Below, piece by piece: positions 1 to 9,845 of a stretch of DNA of 64,000 nt (its first letter is position 1; each line of letters opens with the position of its first letter). The stretch lies in the IMG/VR virus record IMGVR_UViG_3300030330_003913, one strand, 5' to 3'. The notes under the pieces are model-generated. The model made no database searches. It had not been told where the DNA came from and was given only the letters and a program-made list of their open reading frames with translations. The position numbers and the translations under genes are program-made. Origin of the DNA: a virus (Duplodnaviria; Caudoviricetes).

Positions 1-87
1 AAGACAATGGTCTACTATCTTATCTGATATTCTATCACAGATTTTATCAGGATGTTTTGGTGAAACAAACTCCGCTGTTCTATACAC
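1..87 (-). CDS. metK: S-adenosylmethionine synthetase, N-terminal fragment (runs off window)
   Basis: Hand translation from GTG at 87 after AAGGAG: MYRTAEFVSPKHPDKICDRISDKIVDHCL, matching the MetK HPDKxCDxISD signature; not in ORF track. Confidence 0.9.
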   Translation of the reverse strand, partial: MYRTAEFVSPKHPDKICDRISDKIVDHCL

Positions 88-99
88 CCTTACTCCTTA

Positions 100-177
100 T
101 TATTTCTGTTTATCTTTATATACTAAATAACCAACACCAAGTAGTGTTAGTATGTGGACTAAAAACATTAATTTCAT
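100..177 (-). CDS. 25-aa single-TM microprotein
   Basis: MKLMFLVHILTLLGVGYLVYKDKQK, GGAG RBS, fills the gap between neighbouring genes. Confidence 0.65.
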   Translation of the reverse strand: MKLMFLVHILTLLGVGYLVYKDKQK

Positions 178-186
178 TTTAATCTC

Positions 187-369
187 CTACTTAGTTGATG
201 CTACTGATTCTTTACGATATTCAGTAACAAGTTTCTTAATCTCTCCAATCGCCTTACGAGCTCTTCCTGCAGCCGCCTTGTTACCTTTTTCTACATAGGT
301 CTCATGGTTAGCTGTGAACTCATTAAATAAATTAGAAATCTCTGTAAATAACTCATCTACTTTTGCCAT
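187..369 (-). CDS. Histone H1-like (Hc1-family) small basic protein
   Basis: GNKAAAGRARKAIGEIKKLVTEYRKES motif typical of this family. Confidence 0.8.
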   Translation of the reverse strand: MAKVDELFTEISNLFNEFTANHETYVEKGNKAAAGRARKAIGEIKKLVTEYRKESVASTK

Positions 370-379
370 AACTATCTCC

Positions 380-874
380 TTAATATGTTATTACTGATTT
401 AACTTTATCTTTATTGAGAAAACTTAGATTGATTAGATAGACTTCATCTATCACTTTGTATCCAGCCTCCTCACATAATTCTCTTGTGGCCTTTGCAGTA
501 CCACCTGTGGCATATACATCATCCACAATAACTACTCTACCCTTACCAGGTTTAATCTCTAAGGTATCTGTACCATATTCTAATTCATAATCTCTACTGA
601 TTACTGGTGGTGGAAGTTTACCTTTTTTTCTAACTGGTACAAAACCTAATCCCATTCTCTTTGCAAGATAGGAACCAAATATAAAACCTCTTGCCTCACA
701 TCCTACGATGTAAGAAAAATTATTTGTATCTAATAATCCTCTCATCAATAATGTGGAATGGTTTAAGGCGTTTGCATCTTTCAACAATGGTGTGATATCC
801 TTAAACACCACTCCCTCTTTAGGCCAATCTGGCACATCTAATATGTAATCTTCTAAATTCATAATATCCCTCAT
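380..874 (-). CDS. apt: Adenine phosphoribosyltransferase
   Basis: DWPKEGVVFKDITPLL, EARGFIFG, RKKGKLP, YELEYG, VDDVYATGGT PRPP loop. Confidence 0.95.
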   Translation of the reverse strand: MRDIMNLEDYILDVPDWPKEGVVFKDITPLLKDANALNHSTLLMRGLLDTNNFSYIVGCEARGFIFGSYLAKRMGLGFVPVRKKGKLPPPVISRDYELEYGTDTLEIKPGKGRVVIVDDVYATGGTAKATRELCEEAGYKVIDEVYLINLSFLNKDKVKSVITY

Positions 875-1539
875 ATTTTAAAATCGTTCTCGTTCTTCTG
901 ACCGAATTCCCACCTTTGAGAATAAATATCCTCTATGAATAGGTTCTGAACTGATTCTACTAAATTTAAATTTAATGAATATTCCATTCTCTGATAATAA
1001 TTAACATAATTATAATCTTTTGCTTTATGTTCATGTGGTAAGTCAGGACAATCAATATTGAATTTGTTTCTGAATGTATCCCAACCTTCATTGATTTTAT
1101 CGTAGTTAATAATCATATCCCACCAACAACCTTTCTCATTTATCCTATCGGTCATATCACCAACTGATAATGTTTTTATCCACGCCATGTTACTATATTT
1201 ATCAAACAACATATCGTTCCATCTATACTCACCTGTCTTGATATAATCCTCAAAGGTTAATACTTTTTCATCATCTCCAAAATAACCTTTTCTTTTTTTA
1301 TACAAATACATACTTACCATTCGTTCCCATGGATTTCTAAAACTAACTAATCGTATTGCATTCTCAACAATATCTTTAGGTAACATATGTTCCAATATAC
1401 AAAATGGTATGTGTTCTCTATTTTTAATTCCCAATGCCTCATTCATAGATTTACTGGCACTCTTTGGAACATTAATTAATATAACATTATGTTTTTCACT
1501 ATAACATACTAAATCACTTTTCATTAATAACCTTTTCAA
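871..1539 (-). CDS. Sulfotransferase family 2 protein
   Basis: 5'-PSB INVPKSASKS and 3'-PB FRNPWERMVS. Confidence 0.8.
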   Translation of the reverse strand: MKRLLMKSDLVCYSEKHNVILINVPKSASKSMNEALGIKNREHIPFCILEHMLPKDIVENAIRLVSFRNPWERMVSMYLYKKRKGYFGDDEKVLTFEDYIKTGEYRWNDMLFDKYSNMAWIKTLSVGDMTDRINEKGCWWDMIINYDKINEGWDTFRNKFNIDCPDLPHEHKAKDYNYVNYYQRMEYSLNLNLVESVQNLFIEDIYSQRWEFGQKNENDFKI

Positions 1540-1795
1540 GTTGTGATGGTGATAGACATTTATCTCCTTTAATCTCTAACTTAGTTGGTATCTCCATACA
1601 CCAACATTCACCATCTGGTTTACATTCCCAAATTTCTATTGTTTCTTTTTCATGTGGTGGGTCATAAGGACAATTCTTACATTCACTCCCACAACAACAA
1701 CCACGATTAATTAAGAACTCTCGTGATAAAGGTTTAGAGACCTTTACCATAATTGTGTTTAACTCTCCATTCAAATGGTTGTCTATTTCTTGCAT
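1514..1795 (-). CDS. Cys-rich small protein (DUF5522-like plus CWC motif)
   Basis: RGCCCGSECKNCPY; CWCM...CL. Confidence 0.65.
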   Translation of the reverse strand: MQEIDNHLNGELNTIMVKVSKPLSREFLINRGCCCGSECKNCPYDPPHEKETIEIWECKPDGECWCMEIPTKLEIKGDKCLSPSQLEKVINEK

Positions 1796-1916
1796 ATTGT
1801 TTCATTGACTCATGAATATCATTTGTCATTAACTCAACCATTTCTACATTATCACCTTTTTTATCATGTGCATATTTAATCTCTATAATGTATCTCGTCT
1901 TTCCATCCTTACTCAT
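1734..1916 (-). CDS. Hypothetical protein
   Basis: ORF tiling on coding strand. Confidence 0.55.
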   Translation of the reverse strand: MSKDGKTRYIIEIKYAHDKKGDNVEMVELMTNDIHESMKQYARNRQPFEWRVKHNYGKGL

Positions 1917-1917
1917 C

Positions 1918-2277
1918 TTACTCTCCTACTACATTTGTTATCTGAATTAAAATAATGGCCAATGCCAATAATATACATATAATTGTTTTAAGTGTTGGTA
2001 TTTCCTTTAGTAACACGAATGACATTAAACCAAATATTATAGTTCCCATACCAAATCCTATCATTCTAATGTTCCATGTGAAACCAAAGTGTTCATATGA
2101 TAATCGTGTTGCCTCAAAAAATAAATAACCTATTGGTAATCCAAATACAGCCATCCAAGTAGGTGATGTCCAAAACCAATGAGTTTTGTATCCTTCCATA
2201 AACTGAGTTTGCATTTGAAACCAATGTAAGATATGTGCCATACACATTATACCAATACTTAAAAGTAACTTACTCAT
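1918..2277 (-). CDS. 4-TM membrane protein (SMR/DMT-like)
   Basis: Four hydrophobic segments; LLKEIPT..I pattern. Confidence 0.55.
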   Translation of the reverse strand: MSKLLLSIGIMCMAHILHWFQMQTQFMEGYKTHWFWTSPTWMAVFGLPIGYLFFEATRLSYEHFGFTWNIRMIGFGMGTIIFGLMSFVLLKEIPTLKTIICILLALAIILIQITNVVGE

Positions 2278-2917
2278 TTGTTATCTCACTATATAAAAGT
2301 TTTGAAAATTGTTCTGCACACCATTGATTTGGATGATGGTCTGACTTAGATATAAAAGCCTTATCACCTTTATCTTGTATCCAATTATAATAATTTAACT
2401 TTGAGTATTTCTTTATTTCATTTTTCATATCAAATAATTCTTGTGGTATGTAGTGTTCCTCTATTTTACATTCATCCATTGTTGTGTTAATTGTATCTAA
2501 CATTAAATAATCATATCCATAATTTTCTAAAAACACATAGACACCAATAATATTTTTTAGAACCTCGTAATAAACTAAGTTGGTGTTTGATAAATAATAA
2601 CTCAACTCTTTATTATCAACTTGGTCTGTATCTGGTCTGTATGTGAGATAAACTTCATCATCAATAAAAATCTTTTTTCTAAATCCTTGTGTCCATCCAA
2701 TAACTATAAAAGTATCATTGGGATTAATATCACCTCGTTGATGTGAAGTAATTAATCTCTCGTAAATTAAATCATTACCAATACCACAATCAGATTTATT
2801 TATCCAATTCCTATTCATTAGTTTTGATAAATGATAGGTAGTGGAATATGTTTTATCACATCCACCTTTACCATTATAACCATATAAAAAACTACATCCA
2901 AATGATGCAAGATTCAT
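2270..2917 (-). CDS. SGNH/GDSL-like hydrolase or acyltransferase
   Basis: FGCSF..G, G.GN, C-terminal DHHP. Confidence 0.7.
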   Translation of the reverse strand: MNLASFGCSFLYGYNGKGGCDKTYSTTYHLSKLMNRNWINKSDCGIGNDLIYERLITSHQRGDINPNDTFIVIGWTQGFRKKIFIDDEVYLTYRPDTDQVDNKELSYYLSNTNLVYYEVLKNIIGVYVFLENYGYDYLMLDTINTTMDECKIEEHYIPQELFDMKNEIKKYSKLNYYNWIQDKGDKAFISKSDHHPNQWCAEQFSKLLYSEITNE

Positions 2918-3145
2918 CTAATACTCTTCTCCATATAATGAATATTTTTTAATTGTAGGTGGTTTCTCTTTACCATCCTCTACATGAACTTCACCTTTAT
3001 TTGCATCAATATAGAACTCTGTTATTTGAGTTTCCATAAAGATTGCATTTAGTAATTCAGTAAGTGAAGAATAGATTTGGTCATCACCATCTACCATTGC
3101 CCATCTATCACCAGGTGGTACTCTATTTGCCTTTAACTCTTTCAT
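2918..3145 (-). CDS. Hypothetical protein
   Basis: ORF tiling. Confidence 0.6.
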   Translation of the reverse strand: MKELKANRVPPGDRWAMVDGDDQIYSSLTELLNAIFMETQITEFYIDANKGEVHVEDGKEKPPTIKKYSLYGEEY

Positions 3146-3591
3146 ATTTTTATTCCTTGAATTTCTCTATGTTCTTTAAAATATTTTTTTATCCTATCTT
3201 CATCATCTACGAAATAAAACTTTTCAAAATCAATAAAGTAAAATTCTCTACTGAACTCACTCATTAATATATTGAATTCTGTTGGTAGTATTTTTAAATA
3301 AATACATACATCTTCAAATTTATTTAAGTTATTTTCGTACTCAACCTTCAACTCTTTATTGATGTTATGATATATAACTTCACTTCCACCATACTTATAA
3401 GTTATTTCACCTAACTCATCATCAGTATTTGTAATATCACACATATTGATTTTCCACTTATCCATATGTAATAATGATTTTAACTTATAGTAAACAGATA
3501 ACTCATTATAATAATCTGTTAAATTACTAAAAGTTTTTACTACCTTTCGTCTATTATGACCAGTTGAATGTATAGTTGTTTGGTTAGCCAT
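3142..3591 (-). CDS. Minimal protein-kinase-like fold protein
   Basis: VVK..., NE helix, NIL and FIDFE motifs; catalytic HxD not evident. Confidence 0.4.
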   Translation of the reverse strand: MANQTTIHSTGHNRRKVVKTFSNLTDYYNELSVYYKLKSLLHMDKWKINMCDITNTDDELGEITYKYGGSEVIYHNINKELKVEYENNLNKFEDVCIYLKILPTEFNILMSEFSREFYFIDFEKFYFVDDEDRIKKYFKEHREIQGIKI

Positions 3592-3838
3592 TTAGTAATT
3601 CTTTGGTATCTTGTCCATCATAATCTCTTGGGAAGTATATGTCTATTACTTCTAACAAGTCATGATACTTTGCTATCTGCTCTAACTCTTTTTCAATCGT
3701 ATCCATCACATCAGGATGTTCCGCAACACCACGAGAGTTCTGAAGTAAGTTCTCTACATTCACACGATGTTTTTCTATGTGTGCTTCAAAGTGTATCTTA
3801 CTCGCCTTTATCAATTCATTTCTTAAGTTTACCGCCAT
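3584..3838 (-). CDS. Conserved phage hypothetical protein
   Basis: GVAEHPD..DTIEKEL; GGAG RBS. Confidence 0.6.
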   Translation of the reverse strand: MAVNLRNELIKASKIHFEAHIEKHRVNVENLLQNSRGVAEHPDVMDTIEKELEQIAKYHDLLEVIDIYFPRDYDGQDTKELLNG

Positions 3839-3847
3839 TATTGTCTC

Positions 3848-4654
3848 CTACTTGTATGTGTAACTCTTAGTACTTGGGATACCCTTTTTATCAGATGATT
3901 CCCAATCCTTTTTTATTTTTAATCTGTCTCTCCAATCATCACCGACATCTTCAATGTTATCGGTTGCCAAAACTTTATAATTTAATTGATGACCAATTGA
4001 AGTTGGGTCTTTTCTATTTATCTCTACGAGTTTATCATACAAAGACCTACCATCATCATTCCATGGGTCAATCCATATATTAGGAATAAAGACTTCCATC
4101 TTACGAATATATTCTGGGTCTCTTTTATTATCTTTATCCCAATTCAATTCATCAAACATTTCAAACACTTCACCCTTAATCACATCAGGATTACCACCCA
4201 TATTAATCTTATACCAATAAAGTGTGTTCACTAAATAACTATCGTTTTCTAAAAAAGTATTCATATCTTTTTTATATTGGTCTTCTTTTTTAAAGTACCA
4301 ATCATCTTCTAACCACATAACACAATAATTATCATGACTTAAACTTTTCGTAATAATATCTGACTTTACTGCCTCGGTTAATGTTCTGAATGCACCATAG
4401 AAACATGGTTCATCACTTATGTTAATATAAGTTTCAGTTCGTTTAAAATCAACTGATGCATCCATAAAGTTTTGTCGTGTTATATCAGATGATTCAAACT
4501 CATAATCTTTACTTGTGGTCTCATCAATATTGATAAACCATTGTATATTATCAAAGTGGTCACAAGTATCCAAGAACTTTACTGCCTTGATTACACCTTC
4601 ATTATGTAATTCACTTCTTGGTATGGCTGGTGTCTGAATATATAATGTGTTCAT
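3848..4654 (-). CDS. Putative GT-A glycosyltransferase
   Basis: WLEDDW acidic motif; glycan gene context. Confidence 0.5.
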   Translation of the reverse strand: MNTLYIQTPAIPRSELHNEGVIKAVKFLDTCDHFDNIQWFINIDETTSKDYEFESSDITRQNFMDASVDFKRTETYINISDEPCFYGAFRTLTEAVKSDIITKSLSHDNYCVMWLEDDWYFKKEDQYKKDMNTFLENDSYLVNTLYWYKINMGGNPDVIKGEVFEMFDELNWDKDNKRDPEYIRKMEVFIPNIWIDPWNDDGRSLYDKLVEINRKDPTSIGHQLNYKVLATDNIEDVGDDWRDRLKIKKDWESSDKKGIPSTKSYTYK

Positions 4655-5232
4655 ATATGTTGCAATGTTGTGAAGTAATCACTTACCTCTGGTTTAAAAA
4701 TTTCTAATTCAATATCTTTAAAGTAATTATCAGTATCTAAATAATCTATACCACCTTGTCCACTAATATACTTTGTTCCTTTTAATTCTTTACATATATT
4801 ATATAGTAGTTCTGTTTTATTTCCCTCTACTTCTAAATCAGAACTATAATAAATGTCCACATCATCTATCCCCAAGTGATGTGCACAATATTCAATACTA
4901 TCCATATTAATATCTAATAAATTATCATAATCGTAAATATTACTAATGTCATGTTTTGGAAACCTTTGTGACAATTGTTTCTTAATCTTTTTTCTCCACA
5001 CACCATCTTCAACTTTGATTTCATTTATCAACATACTATTTGATTTCTTACTAACAGGTATCGTGAACCACTCTTCTTTTTCAGTATGTGGATTCAAATA
5101 CTTATTACGATTCTGAAAGTTATTCTTCTTAAACTTTACATTATCCAATATAACAAACACATCACACTTACTCATCTTCTGAAAGAATCCTAAATATGGA
5201 AAGTGTTCAGGTTGATGTATTCCTATTATCAT
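4651..5232 (-). CDS. WbqC-like protein
   Basis: IHQPEHFPYLGFFQKM, DVFVILDNVKF, FQNRN, YISGQGG..YL. Confidence 0.9.
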   Translation of the reverse strand: MIIGIHQPEHFPYLGFFQKMSKCDVFVILDNVKFKKNNFQNRNKYLNPHTEKEEWFTIPVSKKSNSMLINEIKVEDGVWRKKIKKQLSQRFPKHDISNIYDYDNLLDINMDSIEYCAHHLGIDDVDIYYSSDLEVEGNKTELLYNICKELKGTKYISGQGGIDYLDTDNYFKDIELEIFKPEVSDYFTTLQHI

Positions 5233-5882
5233 GATATCTCACTATTAACTTTTTTACAAATACCATTGTGTAGTAATTCCATTTCATTCCTACATATTAA
5301 TTCATCATCATATGTAAAAGTCTGTTCTACTTCCTTGTTCTTATCGTCAATTATTATATCTGTTTGTAATGATATATTATTCAAATCTTTTGTTGGTATA
5401 CGACCATCAACTATACCAAGATAACTATTCTTTATATCTAAATCCATCTTACTAAAAACATGCCAGTTGATACCATAAAACATATCTGCATTTACATAAT
5501 GCCAATGTTCATCATAATGTTTCACACTTAAAAAGTCATGATTTGGTAAACTACTTATACTCTGTTCAAAGTATATATCTTGTTGTGATGTTAATACATA
5601 ATCATATTCAAATCTATGCCATAAGTCATCTCTTACTACATACCTTAAATAATTTAATCCTTGTGATGTCCCAAGATAATGATAGTCTGATGTCATCAAT
5701 CCTTTTATGTGATTCTGTATACCATCCAATATAATACCATTAAAATCCTTTGGTGGTTTGAATGTATTACTATTATCTACAATTATAAAATAGGTATTTG
5801 GATGATACTTCTTTCTATTCTCAAATAGTCTTGATAAATTATCAGTAGATTTATAATGTGATATTATCTCTATTATTTTCAT
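5229..5882 (-). CDS. Putative glycosyltransferase-like protein
   Basis: IIVDNS, YDYVL..QQD; context. Confidence 0.4.
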   Translation of the reverse strand: MKIIEIISHYKSTDNLSRLFENRKKYHPNTYFIIVDNSNTFKPPKDFNGIILDGIQNHIKGLMTSDYHYLGTSQGLNYLRYVVRDDLWHRFEYDYVLTSQQDIYFEQSISSLPNHDFLSVKHYDEHWHYVNADMFYGINWHVFSKMDLDIKNSYLGIVDGRIPTKDLNNISLQTDIIIDDKNKEVEQTFTYDDELICRNEMELLHNGICKKVNSEIS

Positions 5883-6529
5883 TTCATCATTTTCAATACA
5901 TTAAATGCTTCTGCAAACTTTACTCCACATTGATTACCACGATATCGTGCCATAACTTCTAATCCATCTATGATATCAAATCCACTCTTCTTATATTTTT
6001 CTATTTGAGATACATGACATTTAGATGCCTGTATCTTTTTACTAAATGGTACACCTGTAATATCAACAAAATAATTTGCAACAGGATATGTTGTAGTTAC
6101 TCTTGGTAGTGGAACTTGTTCATAACATAAGACATTCTTGACATTACGACATGCACTTAAAGTAGAGTTTAAAGTATTGATGTGGTCTTGGTGAGTGTCA
6201 CCTGCCCAATGAGTATATACCATATCTATATCATGTGTATCAACTAATCGTTCTATATCTGAAATAGTTTCACGACTAAATGGAACCGCAGTGTCTTGAT
6301 AATTAAGATGTACTATATCTTCAATACCAATCAAACTCATTGCCTGTTCTGTTTCTAATTCACTTCTTGCAGGTGTTCTAATTACCTCATCATTAACTGA
6401 ATGTTTTAATGCACCATTACTCATCACTACAATGACAACCTTATCATTGTTTTGTCTGTGACGAGTTAGTGTACCGAAACAACCAAACTCTATATCGTCA
6501 TGATGTGCACCTATGGCCAATACATTCAT
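5879..6529 (-). CDS. PIG-L/LmbE family N-deacetylase
   Basis: AHHDDIEFG, DTHQDH, HVSQ, AEAF. Confidence 0.9.
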   Translation of the reverse strand: MNVLAIGAHHDDIEFGCFGTLTRHRQNNDKVVIVVMSNGALKHSVNDEVIRTPARSELETEQAMSLIGIEDIVHLNYQDTAVPFSRETISDIERLVDTHDIDMVYTHWAGDTHQDHINTLNSTLSACRNVKNVLCYEQVPLPRVTTTYPVANYFVDITGVPFSKKIQASKCHVSQIEKYKKSGFDIIDGLEVMARYRGNQCGVKFAEAFNVLKMMK

Positions 6530-7110
6530 ATTATCTTTACCTCTTCATCACTTAAGTTTACCAAACCTGTTCCTGTTTCATGACCTATATCCGATAAGTC
6601 ATATTTTTCTTCCTCAATATTGTTCCAAAAGTTATACATATCAGTATTAAGTTTTATATCATCTAACAACACAAAACCTTTATAACTCTCTTTTAATATA
6701 TTATATAATTCTAATTCTTGTACACCATCATGTGGATTAACATCTATAAGGACAAACTTATAATAGTCAGGTTGATACTTACCTAAACCTACAGATACAT
6801 CAGAAGTATATGGTGTTATGTTATCATATCTATGTCTTAATATTTCAAATGTAGAATATCTATGTAAGTCCCATGTATCAACTTTATTACTTCTGTTCTT
6901 TGCAAAAGACACAGCACTGAATCCATATTCTGTTCCTATATCTAATATATTTGTATCTTGATATTGGTTAGTTAGATATTCATATAACCTATATGGTTGG
7001 TATCCTAAAGTTTCTTCATACCAATGATTTAATTCAGATGTTTCTATTAGTTCAATATCATCTTCATAATAAACATCCCAATCTCTAATTATTTGTTTAT
7101 CAATAATCAT
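6526..7110 (-). CDS. Class I SAM-dependent methyltransferase
   Basis: LDIGTEYGFSA motif I; LLDDI. Confidence 0.8.
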   Translation of the reverse strand: MIIDKQIIRDWDVYYEDDIELIETSELNHWYEETLGYQPYRLYEYLTNQYQDTNILDIGTEYGFSAVSFAKNRSNKVDTWDLHRYSTFEILRHRYDNITPYTSDVSVGLGKYQPDYYKFVLIDVNPHDGVQELELYNILKESYKGFVLLDDIKLNTDMYNFWNNIEEEKYDLSDIGHETGTGLVNLSDEEVKII

Positions 7111-7610
7111 TTGAACTTTGTTAAACTCCTATATGATAACTTCTTTTTCTTTTTAACATTACTTCTTAACATAACCTCTGAGTTAGTTTTTAATCTATGA
7201 CATGGTTTACATAATGTCTGTAGATTATCTAATGAATAATAACTCCAATCTAAATCTTCTTCCTTTACACCTCGTTGTTCCACTAAAGGTTTAATATGGT
7301 CAACATCCCATTTATGTGAATACTTACCACAATGATTACAAACACCTTTATCTCTCTTTCTAAGTTGTGCTCGTTGTTCACGAGAGTGATATATAATCAT
7401 ATACTCAGTTGCACACTCTTCGTGCCAACTCTTTCTCTCATTGATTGTACCATCATCATTTACAATCATATTACTACACCATCTACATTGTCCTTTTATT
7501 TTGGTGTAGTATGAATCTGGTTTAGGTGGTTTACGAAAATCACCATCCCATTCCTCTTTATCTTTTCCAAATGTTCTTTCGTGTCTTCTACTAAAACGAC
7601 TTAATGGCAT
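7107..7610 (-). CDS. HNH endonuclease
   Basis: CNHC..DVDHIKP..NLQTLCKPCH. Confidence 0.9.
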   Translation of the reverse strand: MPLSRFSRRHERTFGKDKEEWDGDFRKPPKPDSYYTKIKGQCRWCSNMIVNDDGTINERKSWHEECATEYMIIYHSREQRAQLRKRDKGVCNHCGKYSHKWDVDHIKPLVEQRGVKEEDLDWSYYSLDNLQTLCKPCHRLKTNSEVMLRSNVKKKKKLSYRSLTKFK

Positions 7611-7907
7611 TTAGTCCTCTACTACGGCTACGATATCTCTCTCGGCAACTACAAAGTATTCTTCACCATCGTGTTGAACTTCTGTTGCAGAGAACTTAGT
7701 GTATACAATAGTTTGACCAACATCAATCGGTATAGGCATAAACTCACCTGTAGTCATATTCCTTGAACCTTGACCAACTGCCAACACAACACCAAGTGCA
7801 GTTTGTCCTTGTTCATTTACCGTATCAGGTAATATGATTCCACTTGCTGTCTGTTCTTCTCTTTGTGGTTTCTTTACCACTACTCTTGCATCAAAAGGTT
7901 GTAACAT
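7611..7907 (-). CDS. groES: Co-chaperonin GroES
   Basis: LQPFDARVVV, TASGIILPD, AVGQG. Confidence 0.95.
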   Translation of the reverse strand: MLQPFDARVVVKKPQREEQTASGIILPDTVNEQGQTALGVVLAVGQGSRNMTTGEFMPIPIDVGQTIVYTKFSATEVQHDGEEYFVVAERDIVAVVED

Positions 7908-7920
7908 ATTTTCTCCTCTG

Positions 7921-8460
7921 TTATAAGTAGTTTTTCTTTTTTACAAAACTTAAAATTTCTTCACTAATCCATTCGTGTCCATCTTGATTTGGATGTTGGT
8001 CTTTATTACTTATAATAAGATTAGGGTCATTAGTCCACTTAATACCACAATCATATTTATCATACCAATCCAAATTCAAATGACTGAAATCTCTCCATGA
8101 CCAAAACACCATAGGACAATTAAAATTAAGAGACGATAATCTATTCCAAGTTTTTTCCATTAGTTCTTTTTCTCGTTCATCCCAATGATTAGAATAATTT
8201 ACACCATCTCCTTGTTCATCTTCATCATCACGAAGTGGAGCAGTCCATTGAAATATAAATAAATCACTTAATTGTAGAATCATTTCAAATTCCTCAAGTC
8301 TATCCATCATGAAAAAATTAGTAGATGTTACATAAGGTGTGGACAACATATCTTGTCTGTTTAGATTTACAACCTTTGTATTTAATTTTTCTTGAAGTAA
8401 ATCACACCATGGTGTATAACCAACACCTGATGTGAAACTATCTCCTATAACTGATATCAT
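7921..8460 (-). CDS. SGNH/GDSL-like hydrolase
   Basis: GDSFTSG; DQHPNQDGH. Confidence 0.75.
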   Translation of the reverse strand: MISVIGDSFTSGVGYTPWCDLLQEKLNTKVVNLNRQDMLSTPYVTSTNFFMMDRLEEFEMILQLSDLFIFQWTAPLRDDEDEQGDGVNYSNHWDEREKELMEKTWNRLSSLNFNCPMVFWSWRDFSHLNLDWYDKYDCGIKWTNDPNLIISNKDQHPNQDGHEWISEEILSFVKKKNYL

Positions 8461-9179
8461 TCATCCTCATATAACTTTGTATGAGTGTACTCGTTGGTTT
8501 TATAAATACTACGATGTGGTGGGTCATTTGGATTGTAAGTAGAATTACTCTGATAATAAAACCATCTAATAGAAGTTCTCTGTAATCCTTTAGGTGCCTT
8601 TACTGGTTTAACTGAATGAACTGGCCCTTTGACTAAATTACCAAACACAACCAACCTATTAAACAATGGTGCAATCTCTGTTGCAACCTTTGCATTCTTT
8701 TTCTCGTTTGGATTACCATCCCAAAACTGAATGTGACCACCATACTCGTCTTTCCATTCTGGTGTCAAATATAAGAAACAACTTAATCTTCTATGTAGTT
8801 TTAATCTATCGTTCCAATTAAAATCGTAGTGTGGTTTTAAATCACTACCTGGTTTGAATCGTGAGTATCCTGCACCAACTAAGTGTGGGTCAGGCATTAA
8901 TCCTACCATGTCGGTAAGTTGTTCTAACTCATAACACATCTCACCACTATGCATTAAATCATAAGTAATCTTATGACCCTTATCACAATACACCAAGTCG
9001 TTATACTCTTCCATATTGGAACCTGCTCTTGTGAAGTTTGTCCAACCACCTCTTGGTGCACCCTCAATACATTCATCATATAATTTTAGTGCAGTCTCTT
9101 CGTCTAAAAAATTATCTATAACGATATGTGGATAACCTTTTTGTAAGGTATCATTCCATTGTTTTCTTTTCCATAACAT
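8457..9179 (-). CDS. 2OG-Fe(II) oxygenase
   Basis: HYD...H(SV)...R.S facial triad; PLFNRLVVF. Confidence 0.9.
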   Translation of the reverse strand: MLWKRKQWNDTLQKGYPHIVIDNFLDEETALKLYDECIEGAPRGGWTNFTRAGSNMEEYNDLVYCDKGHKITYDLMHSGEMCYELEQLTDMVGLMPDPHLVGAGYSRFKPGSDLKPHYDFNWNDRLKLHRRLSCFLYLTPEWKDEYGGHIQFWDGNPNEKKNAKVATEIAPLFNRLVVFGNLVKGPVHSVKPVKAPKGLQRTSIRWFYYQSNSTYNPNDPPHRSIYKTNEYTHTKLYEDE

Positions 9180-9210
9180 CTATCTTGTTCCCATACATTG
9201 TTAATATTTG

Positions 9211-9283
9211 TGGAGCTGACAGGGATTGAACCTGCGACCTTCGCAGTGCAAGTGCGACGCTCTCCCAACTGAGCTACAGCCCC
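9211..9283 (-). tRNA. tRNA-Ala(UGC), CCA not encoded
   Basis: Reverse complement folds as cloverleaf GGGGCTG...CTTGCAC loop...TTCAATC...CAGCTCC-A, with G3:U70 Ala identity pair. Confidence 0.97.
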
Positions 9284-9312
9284 GGCCCTCGGACTTTTCT
9301 TCAGTTGTATAT

Positions 9313-9343
9313 AATATAATAAATTTATTTCATGTTGTCAAGC
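9313..9343 (-). promoter_or_regulatory. Sigma70-type promoter for tRNA-Ala and downstream genes
   Basis: GCTTGACA-N17-TATATT. Confidence 0.8.
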
Positions 9344-9344
9344 T

Positions 9345-9431
9345 TTATTTTTTATTAACATAATTAAATAACCATCTCCAATACAATATAACAATTATAA
9401 ATATTATTAGTTGGATTTCAAGTTTTTCCAT
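9345..9431 (-). CDS. 28-aa single-TM microprotein
   Basis: MEKLEIQLIIFIIVILYWRWLFNYVNKK with AAGGAAG RBS. Confidence 0.6.
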   Translation of the reverse strand: MEKLEIQLIIFIIVILYWRWLFNYVNKK

Positions 9432-9472
9432 GTCTTCCTTTCGGAATCCATAACATTAGTTATATATAAATA

Positions 9473-9841
9473 TCATATAACTTCTTTAAAATACAAAAAA
9501 ATTTCATGAATGGTATAGGCCGATACAATACCTAATAGATTATAAACCATATCGTGAACACTAAATCCATCTGACTTACTATGTGGTGTGGACTGATATA
9601 ATTCATAAACTAAACCCACGCCAGTGGATGATAACATAGCGTGTAGTGGTATAGAGATTGTGGTATCCATGGGTAAAAGAGAATCGGTATACATAGTGTA
9701 GAAAAAGAAATACAAACCAAATGAAGTTGTGTAGTGTGCTGTCTTATCTATTTGAATACTGAAGTTATCCTTAGCAATAGTAGTGTTACTATGTAGAAGA
9801 GTTAAAGGTAAGAGTAATAATATAATCCACAAGTAACTCAA
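9473..9841 (-). CDS. VanZ/YfiM-like membrane protein
   Basis: DKTAH...GLVYELYQ...GFSVHDMVYNLLG. Confidence 0.65.
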   Translation of the reverse strand: MSYLWIILLLLPLTLLHSNTTIAKDNFSIQIDKTAHYTTSFGLYFFFYTMYTDSLLPMDTTISIPLHAMLSSTGVGLVYELYQSTPHSKSDGFSVHDMVYNLLGIVSAYTIHEIFLYFKEVI

Positions 9842-9845
9842 CGAA

